Below are positions 1 to 8,503 of a stretch of 22,529 nt of DNA, one piece after another. The stretch is from a candidate division WOR-3 bacterium. GTDB lineage: Bacteria; Hydrothermota; Tepidihabitantia; Tepidihabitantales; DTDR01. The position numbers and the translations under genes were made by a program. The notes under the pieces were generated by a model. The model made no database searches. It saw nothing but the letters and a program-made list of their open reading frames with translations, and was not told the origin of the DNA. Position 1 is the stretch's first letter. Each line of letters opens with the position of its first letter. The DNA is taken from assembly GCA_039801885.1 (NCBI GenBank), contig JBDRVN010000025.1, positions 1-22,529 on the forward strand. Direction: 5' to 3'.

Positions 1-1
1 A

Positions 2-2725
2 CCACAAAAAGGCGATATTACTAAAATTAAAGATGCTATTACTTATGGAGTGAGAAAGATTAGAGCACCAGAGGTTTGGGCACTTGGTTATACTGGACAA
101 GGAATTGTTGTTGGTTTGATTGATACCGGTGTCAATTATAATCATTTAGATTTAAGAGACCATATGTGGGAAGATCCAAATTATCCTTATCATGGTTGGA
201 ATTTCGAAGAAAATAATAATAATCCGATAGATATTCGGGGTCATGGAACCCATTGTGCCGGAACAATTGCTTCTGACGGAACTGCGGGAACCCAATGTGG
301 TGTTGCGCCCGATGCCCAGATTATGGCATTAAGAGTTAGGACAGTTGCGGACACAATTGCCGAAAATCAAGTATGGCAGGCAATGGAGTTTGTTATTTCG
401 CCGCCTCTATCACCGGAAAATGGTGGTGATTTGATCTCAATGTCTTTGGGCTGGATGATATCTTGGAATCCAAGGCAGGCAATCTGGCGGACAAATTGTA
501 ATAATGTTGGTGCTGCTGGTATTCCAATGATTGTTGCTGCCGGTAATGAACAAAGTATTTCACCACCAAATTCTTGTCGTTGCCCAGGTAATGTGCCTTC
601 TCCTTGGCGCCATCCACAAAATGGTGCCCAAGGTGCCCAGTCCGATGTGATTTCTATTGGTGCTACTGATTCTTTAGATAATATTGCTTCTTTTTCTTCC
701 CGTGGACCGGTAACTTGGCAAAATGTTCCACCTTTTAATGATTATCCCTATCCACCAGGATTGAAAAAACCAGATGTTTCGGCACCAGGAGTTGATGTTT
801 TGTCTTGCGATTATCAAAATAATAGTGGTTATCGGTTAATGAGTGGAACTTCAATGGCAACACCCCATACTGCCGGAACAGTTGCTTTAATGCTTTCCAA
901 AAACCCAGAATTGACACCAAGAGAGATTGACTCAATTTTACAAAATACCGGAGTTGATTTAGGTTTACCAGGTAAAGATACTTTATTCGGCGCTGGAAGA
1001 ATTGACGCTTATAATGCGGTGATGGCAACACCACTACCAACTGGTGTGAGATATTATCGCCATCTAATTGTTGACAACCCACCAAATGGTAATGGCGATG
1101 GAATTATTAATCCCGGTGAGGAGATTGAGATGCCTTTATGGGTGCTAAACCGCTGCGATTATCAAGTCTTAGGTGTTTGGGGAAAACTTGTTTTAGATAC
1201 GATTGACCCGAATATTACGATTACTGATTCAGTGAAATATTTTGGAAATATTGCTGCTGGTGAATCGGCTTATACCGGTGAAGATGGATATAATTTTCAA
1301 GTATCTTCTGCCTGCACTAATGGTTATTCAATAAAATTCAATTTAGAATTGAGAGATACCTTAGATTCCTTATGGATTTCATCATTAGATTTAAAAGTTG
1401 GCACACCGATTTTACAACCAACAGGAGTAATTGCTTGGGATTCACCACCGGGTGGAAATAATAATGGGAAAATTGACCCAGGAGAGACTGCTTATGTTGC
1501 TGTTGGAATTAAAAATACTGGTTTGGGAAATGGATATAATGTTTATGCTATTTTAAAATCTGGTGACCCAAGATTTATTGTTTTAGATTCTTTTGGTACT
1601 TATGGCACAATCTTAGTAGATAGCGTGATATATAACCAAATTGACCGATATAAAGTTTATGCCAGTTCTTCAATACCAAGAGAATTTCCTGTTCCTTGCA
1701 CATTAATTATTAATTCCGAAAGTTGGACATTTGTAAAACCATTTTATATTGTTGTTGGTGAAGTAACAATTGTTGACCCAATTCCTGATGGTCCAAGAGT
1801 TCCAGCAAGATATTGGGCATACGATAATATTGATACTTTCTATGTTGAATGTCCAGAATTTGAATGGGTTGAGATAAGAAATGTTGGTACAAGACTACCA
1901 ATAACTTCTGATGACCAGACAATTCAATTTAACTTACCATTCCCATTTAGATATTATGGCACTCTTTATACTGGTCAATTCTCAATCTGTGGCAATGGTT
2001 GGATAACACCGGAATATACCTCTTCAACAGTTTATACTAATCAACCATTACCGGATCCAACAACAACAAATCCGAGTGCGATGATATGTGTTAATTGGGA
2101 TGATTTATATCCACCTTATGGTAATGGAATTTGGTTTTATTATGATACATTAAATCACCGGATGATTTTAGAATGGGATAGTGTTCATTATTATAATCCA
2201 AGGACTTCTTGGGACAAGTTTGAGATAATTATTTATGATACAACAGTAAGGACCTATACTGGTGATAACGAGATAATTTTCCAATATCTTACTGCCAATT
2301 ATTATCAATCAAATACCGTTGGCATTGAAGACCAGACAAATACGATCGGCATTAATGCTTTATATAATAATACCTATCATCGTGCTTGTGCGCCCATTGT
2401 TCCCGGTCGAGCGATTAAATTTACTACCGACACAGTTGCTTATATTGGAATTAAAGAATTTGCTAAGAGATTAGAAAATAAAAAGAAAGAAATTATTATT
2501 GCTAATCCCCAAAAAATATTAAAAATGGTTTTACCTTTCAAAGAAGCCGAGATAACGATTTTTGATATCTTTGGCAGAAAGATAAAAGAGTTTAAGGTAA
2601 AAGATAAAGAGTTCGTTTGGGATTTCAAAGATACCAATGGTAAAAAGTTAGGAACAGGTATTTATACTTTGAGAATAAAAGCAGAGAATAATCAAGTTGT
2701 TAAAAAGATAATCCATATTAAATAA
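2..2725 (+). CDS. S8 family (subtilisin-like) serine peptidase with NPGE/Ig-like repeats, NIDO-like domain and FlgD-Ig/T9SS-like C-terminal domain; 5'-partial
   Basis: The frame is open from position 2 (PQKGDITKIKDAITYGVRKIRAPEVW), so GTG at 50 is probably not the start; signal peptide and propeptide would lie off-window. Catalytic triad: IDTG (Asp 122-124), HGTHCAG (His 242-244), GTSMATPH (Ser 851-853). Oxyanion motif AAGNE and KPDVSAPG are present. Tail reads IFDIFGRKI...WDFKDTNG...GIY...KKIIHIK. Confidence 0.93.
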   Translation, partial: PQKGDITKIKDAITYGVRKIRAPEVWALGYTGQGIVVGLIDTGVNYNHLDLRDHMWEDPNYPYHGWNFEENNNNPIDIRGHGTHCAGTIASDGTAGTQCGVAPDAQIMALRVRTVADTIAENQVWQAMEFVISPPLSPENGGDLISMSLGWMISWNPRQAIWRTNCNNVGAAGIPMIVAAGNEQSISPPNSCRCPGNVPSPWRHPQNGAQGAQSDVISIGATDSLDNIASFSSRGPVTWQNVPPFNDYPYPPGLKKPDVSAPGVDVLSCDYQNNSGYRLMSGTSMATPHTAGTVALMLSKNPELTPREIDSILQNTGVDLGLPGKDTLFGAGRIDAYNAVMATPLPTGVRYYRHLIVDNPPNGNGDGIINPGEEIEMPLWVLNRCDYQVLGVWGKLVLDTIDPNITITDSVKYFGNIAAGESAYTGEDGYNFQVSSACTNGYSIKFNLELRDTLDSLWISSLDLKVGTPILQPTGVIAWDSPPGGNNNGKIDPGETAYVAVGIKNTGLGNGYNVYAILKSGDPRFIVLDSFGTYGTILVDSVIYNQIDRYKVYASSSIPREFPVPCTLIINSESWTFVKPFYIVVGEVTIVDPIPDGPRVPARYWAYDNIDTFYVECPEFEWVEIRNVGTRLPITSDDQTIQFNLPFPFRYYGTLYTGQFSICGNGWITPEYTSSTVYTNQPLPDPTTTNPSAMICVNWDDLYPPYGNGIWFYYDTLNHRMILEWDSVHYYNPRTSWDKFEIIIYDTTVRTYTGDNEIIFQYLTANYYQSNTVGIEDQTNTIGINALYNNTYHRACAPIVPGRAIKFTTDTVAYIGIKEFAKRLENKKKEIIIANPQKILKMVLPFKEAEITIFDIFGRKIKEFKVKDKEFVWDFKDTNGKKLGTGIYTLRIKAENNQVVKKIIHIK
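1808..2383 (+). repeat. Copy 1 of a duplicated 192-codon NIDO-like domain (partner 5480-6055)
   Basis: Ungapped alignment with 5480-6055; 26 amino-acid differences in 192 by manual count; 35-nt identical run 2093-2127 = 5765-5799. Confidence 0.92.
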
Positions 2726-2731
2726 GGAGGG
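2724..2731 (+). promoter_or_regulatory. Shine-Dalgarno site for the C25 peptidase gene
   Basis: AAGGAGGG overlaps the S8 stop codon, 3 nt before ATG 2735; consistent with a two-gene operon. Confidence 0.75.
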
Positions 2732-2734
2732 CTT

Positions 2735-5700
2735 ATGCGTTACCTTATCTTATTTTTATCTATTACTTTAACCTTTGCTGGCTGGTTAGGAAAAGGAAAA
2801 TTGGAAGAGCCAGTAAAGATTAATCTTGTTTCCCATACCTATCAAGAAGCAGTTTTGGAAATTTCCATTCCTGGTATTAAAACAGAAGATATTGAAAAAG
2901 GCGGAGTTATCTATACAAAACTTTATCTTCTTGGTGAAGAAGGAACAACCGAAGAGGTTGGCAAACCGGAATTGCCCAAGATTAGTAGGGTTATTGGTAT
3001 TCCTGATAATGGCAAAGTAGAGGTTGAAATTCTTGAAAGCCGATACGAAACTTATGAAAATATTCTTGTCTATCCTTTCCAACCACCAACAACTGATGAG
3101 AAAGAAAATCGGGAGTTTGTTATTGACAGGTATTTTTACAATAATGCTACCTCTTATCCGGAAAATATTTTGCTTAGTTTATCTTATGCCCGTTGGCGAG
3201 AAACCTATTTAGCAAATCTTGTTTTCGTTCCTTTTAATTATGATGCGGTTAATAAAAGATTAAAAGTATATCACTATCTAAAAGTGAAAGTTAGATATAT
3301 TAGTGGCTATTGGCAGACAAAGATTATTGAACCCTGGTTTGCTAAGGTATTAAAAAAGACGTTGCTCAATTATGAGGATTATCCCAAAGATGTAAGATAT
3401 ATTGATTCACCTGGTGTAAGATATTTAGTTATTACCCATTCCAATTTTGCCGAAGCAATTGATACCTTAGTAAAATGGCATTACAAAAGAGGAATTGAGA
3501 CAAGGGTAATCTCAAAATCCAGTTGGACTTCTCAGGAGATAAAAGATTCAATCGTGGCAGAATACAATAGGAATTCACCACCGGTTTTGAGATGGGTTTT
3601 ACTTGTTGGTGATGCCAATTATGTTCCGCCTTCTTATGCTTTTGGTTCTTTTCCATCTGATTTCTGGTATTGTGATTTTCCAACAATTGACTATTATGGA
3701 GAGGTGGGAATTGGTCGTTTCTCTTGCCAAACAGTTCCGGAATTACAAGTGATGTTGAAAAAGACCTTGAAATTTATGATTAATCCACCATTAGATACTT
3801 GGCTTGCTAAATCAGTATTAGTTGCCCATAAAGAACAATATCCAGCAAAATATTCGGCTTGTAAAAGAGGAATCTATTTCCATAATTATCCTTATTACAA
3901 ATATGATATGGATACTTTAATGGGTGCCTTGCCCTATGCGACAAATGCTGCTTTAATTGCTCGGATTGATAGTGGTCGGGTTATTGTCAATTATCGTGGT
4001 CATGGTTTAGAAACTGCTTGGGATGCTTGGGGTTATGATAATCAACAATGGGGAGCAGCCCAAATAAATGCTTTAAATAATGGCGACAGGACACCGGTTG
4101 TTTTCAATATCGCCTGTCTATGCCATCGGATTGATCATTCTACTGATTGTTTAGGTGAACTTTGGTTAAAGAAATATCCTGGTGGTGCGGTTGCTTCGTT
4201 AGGAGCCTCTGACCCATCTTATACCATTCCTAACCATGGATATGACTCAATGTTATATCGTTGTTTAGGAGATACAATAACAATACCGACACCAGCAAGG
4301 AATTATAAAGCACCGATGTGGGATTTAGGTTGGTTAATGCTTTTTGCTGATGCTCATATTGCTTTAAGGCACCAAGGTAGCGGTGGTCCGGATAATATAG
4401 AAATGTATTTTTGGCTTGGTGACCCAGCATTAGAAGTTTGGACAGGAAAACCAGTCTCACCGCTTGTTCAACATCCAATGGTAGTTCCTTTAGGTCCTTA
4501 TCAAATGGCGGTAACTGTCTTAAAACAAGGTATGCCTTTGGAAGGTGCTTTGGTTTGTGCCTATAAAGAGAATGAGTTCTATGTTTATGGTTATACTAAT
4601 CAAGCAGGACAGGTTACTCTAAATATTAATGCTCAAACACCAGGTGAATTTAGTTTGACAGTTACTGGTCATGAGATTTTACCTTATACTGCTACTTGTA
4701 TGGCAACTCCGGGAACAACTCCTTATGTAATTTATTTAAGACATTATATTGATGACGCTCCACCAAATGGCAATGGCGATGGAATTGTCAATCCTGGTGA
4801 AAGAATTAATCTTCCTGTCTGGGTAAAAAATGTTGGCGGTGCATTGGCGGAAGATGTAATTGGTAAATTAGTAATTAACGACCCAAATATTAATATCACC
4901 GATTCTCTAAAAACTTTTGGTGATATACCACAAAACGATTCGGCTTTTACTGGTGAAGATGGCTTTAAATTTGAAGTGGCTACTGCCTGTACCAACGGTT
5001 ATTTATTAAACTTCCAATTAATTTGTAAAGATATTAACGATTCCACATGGGTTTCTTATATTCCAATTATTGTGGGCGCACCAGTGATAAATTACCATTC
5101 ATTAATTGTTAACGACTCAATTGGTAATAATAACCGAAGGGTGGATCCAAATGAAAGTGCCTATATTTATATTGGTTTAAGAAATCAGGGTAGGGGAAAT
5201 GCTTACAATGTCTATGCGATTTTAAAATCCGGAGATAGCCGTTTTCATATTCTTGATTCCTTCGGCACTTATGGAACAATCTTAGTTGATTCGGTTGTTT
5301 ATAATTATCTTGATCACTTTAAAGTATTTGCTGAGCCCACAATTATGCCTGAAACACCGATTCCTTGCACCCTTTATGTTTATGGTGAAGGTGGTTATTT
5401 TGCTATTAGACCATTTACAATAGTAATTGGAGAGTTAAGAGTTTCTGACCCAACACCGGATAATGCTCAACCAACACCAAGATATTGGGCATACGAAGAT
5501 ATTGATACCGCTTATGCTCAAAGACCGGAATTTGAATGGGTTGAAATAAGAAATATTGGTACGAGATTGCCGATAACTTCTGATGACCAGACAATCCAGA
5601 TTAACTTGCCCTTCCCATTTAGATATTACGGTACTTTATATACAAGTCAATTATCAGTTTGTGGCAATGGTTGGATTACCCCTATCTATACAACTTCAAC

Positions 5701-6427
5701 AGTTTATACTAATCAACCATTACCTGACCCAACATCAACAAATCCGAGTGCGATGATTTGTCCAAATTGGGATGATTTATATCCACCTTATGGTAATGGT
5801 ATTTGGTTTTTGTATGATGCGACAAATCACCGAATGATTTTGGAATGGGATAGTGTTCATTATTATAATCCAAGAGAGCAATGGGATAAGTTTCAAATAA
5901 TTATCTATGATACAACAGTAAGAACACCGACTGGTGATAATATGATTAAATTCCAATATCTTACCGCCAATTATTATCAATCAAATACGGTTGGTATTGA
6001 AGATCAAACAAATACAATTGGAATTAATTTTGTTTATAATAATACCTATCATCGAACAGCCGGAACTTTGACAAATCAAAAGGCAATATTAATTAATACT
6101 TACCAACCTTCTGCGCCTGGTAAAGAAGAAGTTCTTGCTAATAAATTGCTAAAAGATAAGAAATTTAGTTATCTTGCTTCACCGATTGTTGATTTACCGA
6201 AATTGAATCTCTATCTAACAAGCGACCAAAAGGTAAAAATTGATATTTATGATTTAACTGGTCGTCATATTCGGACACTTATTAATAAGGAATTGAAAGC
6301 CGGTTCCCATACGATTATTTGGGATAAGAAAGATAACCAAGGTAAAGAAGTAGCAAAAGGAATATACTTCTATCAGATAAATACCAAAGATACTCAGAAA
6401 GTCTTGAAAGCAGTTATCCTTAAATAA
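2735..6427 (+). CDS. Gingipain-like C25 family cysteine peptidase (signal peptide, C25 propeptide, catalytic domain, Ig-like domains, NIDO-like domain, FlgD-Ig/T9SS-like tail)
   Basis: Signal peptide MRYLILFLSITLTFA; propeptide motif GKPELPKISRVIGIP; C25 motifs YLVIT, WVLLVGD, SDFWY, VGIGRF, NYRGHG (His 4001-4003), NIACLC (Cys 4115-4117), GGAVA, WLGDPA; tail IYDLTGRHIRTL...WDKKDNQG...GIYF. Confidence 0.92.
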   Translation: MRYLILFLSITLTFAGWLGKGKLEEPVKINLVSHTYQEAVLEISIPGIKTEDIEKGGVIYTKLYLLGEEGTTEEVGKPELPKISRVIGIPDNGKVEVEILESRYETYENILVYPFQPPTTDEKENREFVIDRYFYNNATSYPENILLSLSYARWRETYLANLVFVPFNYDAVNKRLKVYHYLKVKVRYISGYWQTKIIEPWFAKVLKKTLLNYEDYPKDVRYIDSPGVRYLVITHSNFAEAIDTLVKWHYKRGIETRVISKSSWTSQEIKDSIVAEYNRNSPPVLRWVLLVGDANYVPPSYAFGSFPSDFWYCDFPTIDYYGEVGIGRFSCQTVPELQVMLKKTLKFMINPPLDTWLAKSVLVAHKEQYPAKYSACKRGIYFHNYPYYKYDMDTLMGALPYATNAALIARIDSGRVIVNYRGHGLETAWDAWGYDNQQWGAAQINALNNGDRTPVVFNIACLCHRIDHSTDCLGELWLKKYPGGAVASLGASDPSYTIPNHGYDSMLYRCLGDTITIPTPARNYKAPMWDLGWLMLFADAHIALRHQGSGGPDNIEMYFWLGDPALEVWTGKPVSPLVQHPMVVPLGPYQMAVTVLKQGMPLEGALVCAYKENEFYVYGYTNQAGQVTLNINAQTPGEFSLTVTGHEILPYTATCMATPGTTPYVIYLRHYIDDAPPNGNGDGIVNPGERINLPVWVKNVGGALAEDVIGKLVINDPNINITDSLKTFGDIPQNDSAFTGEDGFKFEVATACTNGYLLNFQLICKDINDSTWVSYIPIIVGAPVINYHSLIVNDSIGNNNRRVDPNESAYIYIGLRNQGRGNAYNVYAILKSGDSRFHILDSFGTYGTILVDSVVYNYLDHFKVFAEPTIMPETPIPCTLYVYGEGGYFAIRPFTIVIGELRVSDPTPDNAQPTPRYWAYEDIDTAYAQRPEFEWVEIRNIGTRLPITSDDQTIQINLPFPFRYYGTLYTSQLSVCGNGWITPIYTTSTVYTNQPLPDPTSTNPSAMICPNWDDLYPPYGNGIWFLYDATNHRMILEWDSVHYYNPREQWDKFQIIIYDTTVRTPTGDNMIKFQYLTANYYQSNTVGIEDQTNTIGINFVYNNTYHRTAGTLTNQKAILINTYQPSAPGKEEVLANKLLKDKKFSYLASPIVDLPKLNLYLTSDQKVKIDIYDLTGRHIRTLINKELKAGSHTIIWDKKDNQGKEVAKGIYFYQINTKDTQKVLKAVILK
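5480..6055 (+). repeat. Copy 2 of a duplicated 192-codon NIDO-like domain (partner 1808-2383)
   Basis: RYWAY...LPFPFRYYG...GNGWI...NWDDLYPPYGNGIWF...YNNTYHR occurs in both proteases. Confidence 0.92.
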
Positions 6428-6447
6428 ATAAAAATCTTTAAAAGGAG

Positions 6448-6486
6448 AGGGGCAGAGAATTTTTCCTCTGCTCCTTTTTCTTTTTT
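6448..6486 (+). terminator. Rho-independent terminator of the protease operon
   Basis: Stem AGGGGCAGAG (6448-6457) pairs with CTCTGCTCCT (6466-6475) with one G-U pair; 8-nt loop; followed by TTTTCTTTTTT; 20 nt after the stop codon. Confidence 0.88.
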
Positions 6487-6488
6487 AT

Positions 6489-6516
6489 TTGACTTTTATA
6501 ATCAAGAATCTATAAT
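6489..6516 (+). promoter_or_regulatory. sigma70-type promoter for the PlsY-like fusion gene
   Basis: TTGACT (6489-6494), 16-nt spacer, TATAAT (6511-6516), directly after the terminator. Confidence 0.65.
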
Positions 6517-6521
6517 TTTTT

Positions 6522-7739
6522 GTGGTCAATAATTTTATGGCAATCTTAATTGGTTATCTCTTAGGTTCAGTCCTTCCGGCTTATATTTTTGGAAAGATTT
6601 TAAAAGGAATTGATATTAGAAAAGTTGGCACTTTTAATGCTGGAACAACAAATGTGAAAAGAGAATTGGGAATATTACCGGCAATTCCAACAGCAGTTTA
6701 TGATACCTTAAAAGGTATTATATCAATTTTAATTACCCAAAAAATCTTTCACACGCCAATTTCTATTAGTTATCTTACCGGTTTTGCTGCTGCTTTGGGT
6801 CATATTTTCCCCTTTTATCTAAACTTCCGTGGTGGGCAAGGTGCAGCAACTTTAACCGGAATTTTACTTTTTAATCTTTATAAAATCTTTATAGTTAATA
6901 AAATTTCTTTTTTAATATCCGATTTAGTAATTTTATTAATTACTATATTTTTAGTTTTTTATATAAGTAAAACCCAAGAAATTTTATCAATAACTATTTT
7001 GCCACTGTTTACTTATCTTTTAATCTTACGAGTTCCTTTTGATTGGTTATTAATCTCTACTTTAATTATTATTTCTTATCTTCTAATTATTGCTATTGTT
7101 AATATTATTAGATTTGATTTGATAAAAATTAATAAAGAAAAATTGCCAAATTTTCCTTTCTGGCGAACCTTTATTAGACCAGCAGGTTTTTCTTTTGTAA
7201 TATTAAGTTTCTTTTTGAATAAAATTACCTTACTTACTTTGATCGGTATTGTCCTTTTGCTTTTCTTTATCTTTGATTTAGTTAGAATCTTTCACACACG
7301 GGTTGATCAATTTTTCATTAAAGATTTAAAAGATATTTTTATTATTCTAAAAGAAAAAGAGACAAAAAGGGTTTCTTCGATGACTATTTTCTTATTAGGT
7401 TCTTTCTTAAGTTTTCTACTCTTTGAACAGAAAGTTGCTATCTTAGCAATCACCTTTTTAATCTTTGGTGATTTCTTTGCTAAGATTTTTGGTCTTGCTT
7501 ATGGTAAAAGAAGATTTTTTAATAAAACCTTGGAAGGAACCCTTGCCCACTTTTTAGGTTCTTTAATCTTCGGTTATATTCTAAGTAATCACTTAAATAT
7601 TTCTATTAGTTTCATCTTTCTTGGTGCTGCTATTGGAGCGATTGTGGAAGTCCTGCCTTTTAATATCGATGATAACCTTTCTGTTCCTCTCTTTTCCGGT
7701 GCCATAATCTCATTAATTTTGAAAATAAGTAGCAAATAG
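6522..7739 (+). CDS. plsY: Membrane fusion protein: N-terminal PlsY-like glycerol-3-phosphate acyltransferase domain plus C-terminal CTP-dependent lipid kinase-like domain (dolichol/phytol/Dgk1 kinase, cytidylyltransferase family)
   Basis: PlsY-like motifs GYLLGS, DIRKVGTFNAGTTNVKR, DTLKG, GHIFPFYLNFRGGQGAAT; C-terminal GDFFAKIFG...G...KTLEG...VE...IDDNLSVP; many hydrophobic segments. Start may be GTG 6522 or ATG 6537. Confidence 0.8.
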   Translation: MVNNFMAILIGYLLGSVLPAYIFGKILKGIDIRKVGTFNAGTTNVKRELGILPAIPTAVYDTLKGIISILITQKIFHTPISISYLTGFAAALGHIFPFYLNFRGGQGAATLTGILLFNLYKIFIVNKISFLISDLVILLITIFLVFYISKTQEILSITILPLFTYLLILRVPFDWLLISTLIIISYLLIIAIVNIIRFDLIKINKEKLPNFPFWRTFIRPAGFSFVILSFFLNKITLLTLIGIVLLLFFIFDLVRIFHTRVDQFFIKDLKDIFIILKEKETKRVSSMTIFLLGSFLSFLLFEQKVAILAITFLIFGDFFAKIFGLAYGKRRFFNKTLEGTLAHFLGSLIFGYILSNHLNISISFIFLGAAIGAIVEVLPFNIDDNLSVPLFSGAIISLILKISSK

Positions 7740-7927
7740 TTTAAAAATTCTCTATTATTATAAATTACTAAAGTTTCCTATAAGAAAACTTTTTACTTTG
7801 GTAAAATTTCATTTAAGTTTTTGAAAATAAATGATTTAATTAAATTTAGGACTTCCCATAGGGGGCTATCTACTATACCGCCTTAGAGACCACCTTATTG
7901 ATATTTTGGTAAGGATTTTTAAATATA

Positions 7928-8503
7928 TTATCTTGTTAAGGACTTTTGTAGATATTGAGTTTTCAGAAATTGATATTTTGCCCAGAAATTAACTTTTTCG
8001 GTTAAGAAGAGAGCTTCTTTTAAATTCCTTCCTAAAACTACTATACCATGGTTTTCTAAGATAATAACTCTTTTATCTTTGCCAAACTCCTTTATTTTTT
8101 CAGCAAGTATCTTTGAGCCCGGCTCATAATAAGAAAGAAAAGAGATATCTTCTTTTTTTAATCCTGTTCCAAGATAGAATTCTTTGAGAAGTTTTTGGTT
8201 AATAATTAATAGTGGATAAATTGGATGGGAATGGACGATTGTCTTTATATTTTTATTTATTTCATATAAGTTTAAATGGAGTTTTAATTCCTTAGAAGCT
8301 TCTTTGGGAATTTCCTTTTTTAGATTAATAAGAATTAAATCCTTCTCTTTTATTTCACCTTTAAAGACATTAGTTTTATTAATGATAATTCTATTTTCAT
8401 CTATTTTATAACTGATATTACCATCAAAAGCAGTAATTAAGTCTTTTAGATATAAATAATGGAAAATTTTTCTTATCTCTTTTTTTATGTTATCTATTTC
8501 CAA
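7928..8503 (-). CDS. Class II aldolase/adducin family protein (FucA/MtnB/AraD-like)
   Basis: DGNISYK, SKELKLHLNLY, metal ligands VHSHP and LENHG, YEPGS. Confidence 0.88.
   Translation of the reverse strand: MEIDNIKKEIRKIFHYLYLKDLITAFDGNISYKIDENRIIINKTNVFKGEIKEKDLILINLKKEIPKEASKELKLHLNLYEINKNIKTIVHSHPIYPLLIINQKLLKEFYLGTGLKKEDISFLSYYEPGSKILAEKIKEFGKDKRVIILENHGIVVLGRNLKEALFLTEKVNFWAKYQFLKTQYLQKSLTR

Noticed and set aside
50..52. GTG at 50 as the start of the S8 peptidase
   Set aside because: The frame is open to the window edge and the translation from 50 has no signal peptide or propeptide
393..5980. Short alternative-frame and antisense ORFs inside the two protease genes (393-617, 735-1085, 1710-1922, 2440-2637, 2786-3082, 2826-3020, 3024-3212, 3432-3686, 4230-4478, 4744-4995, 5777-5980)
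   Set aside because: All nested in well-supported long CDSs, with no recognisable motifs; shadow ORFs
1808..6055. Duplicated segment as a diversity-generating retroelement TR/VR pair
   Set aside because: Both copies are coding, differences are largely synonymous third-position changes rather than adenine-specific, and no reverse transcriptase is in the window
7770..7792. AAAGTTT...AAACTTT inverted repeat as a bidirectional terminator
   Set aside because: The stem is almost all A-U pairs and too weak to call
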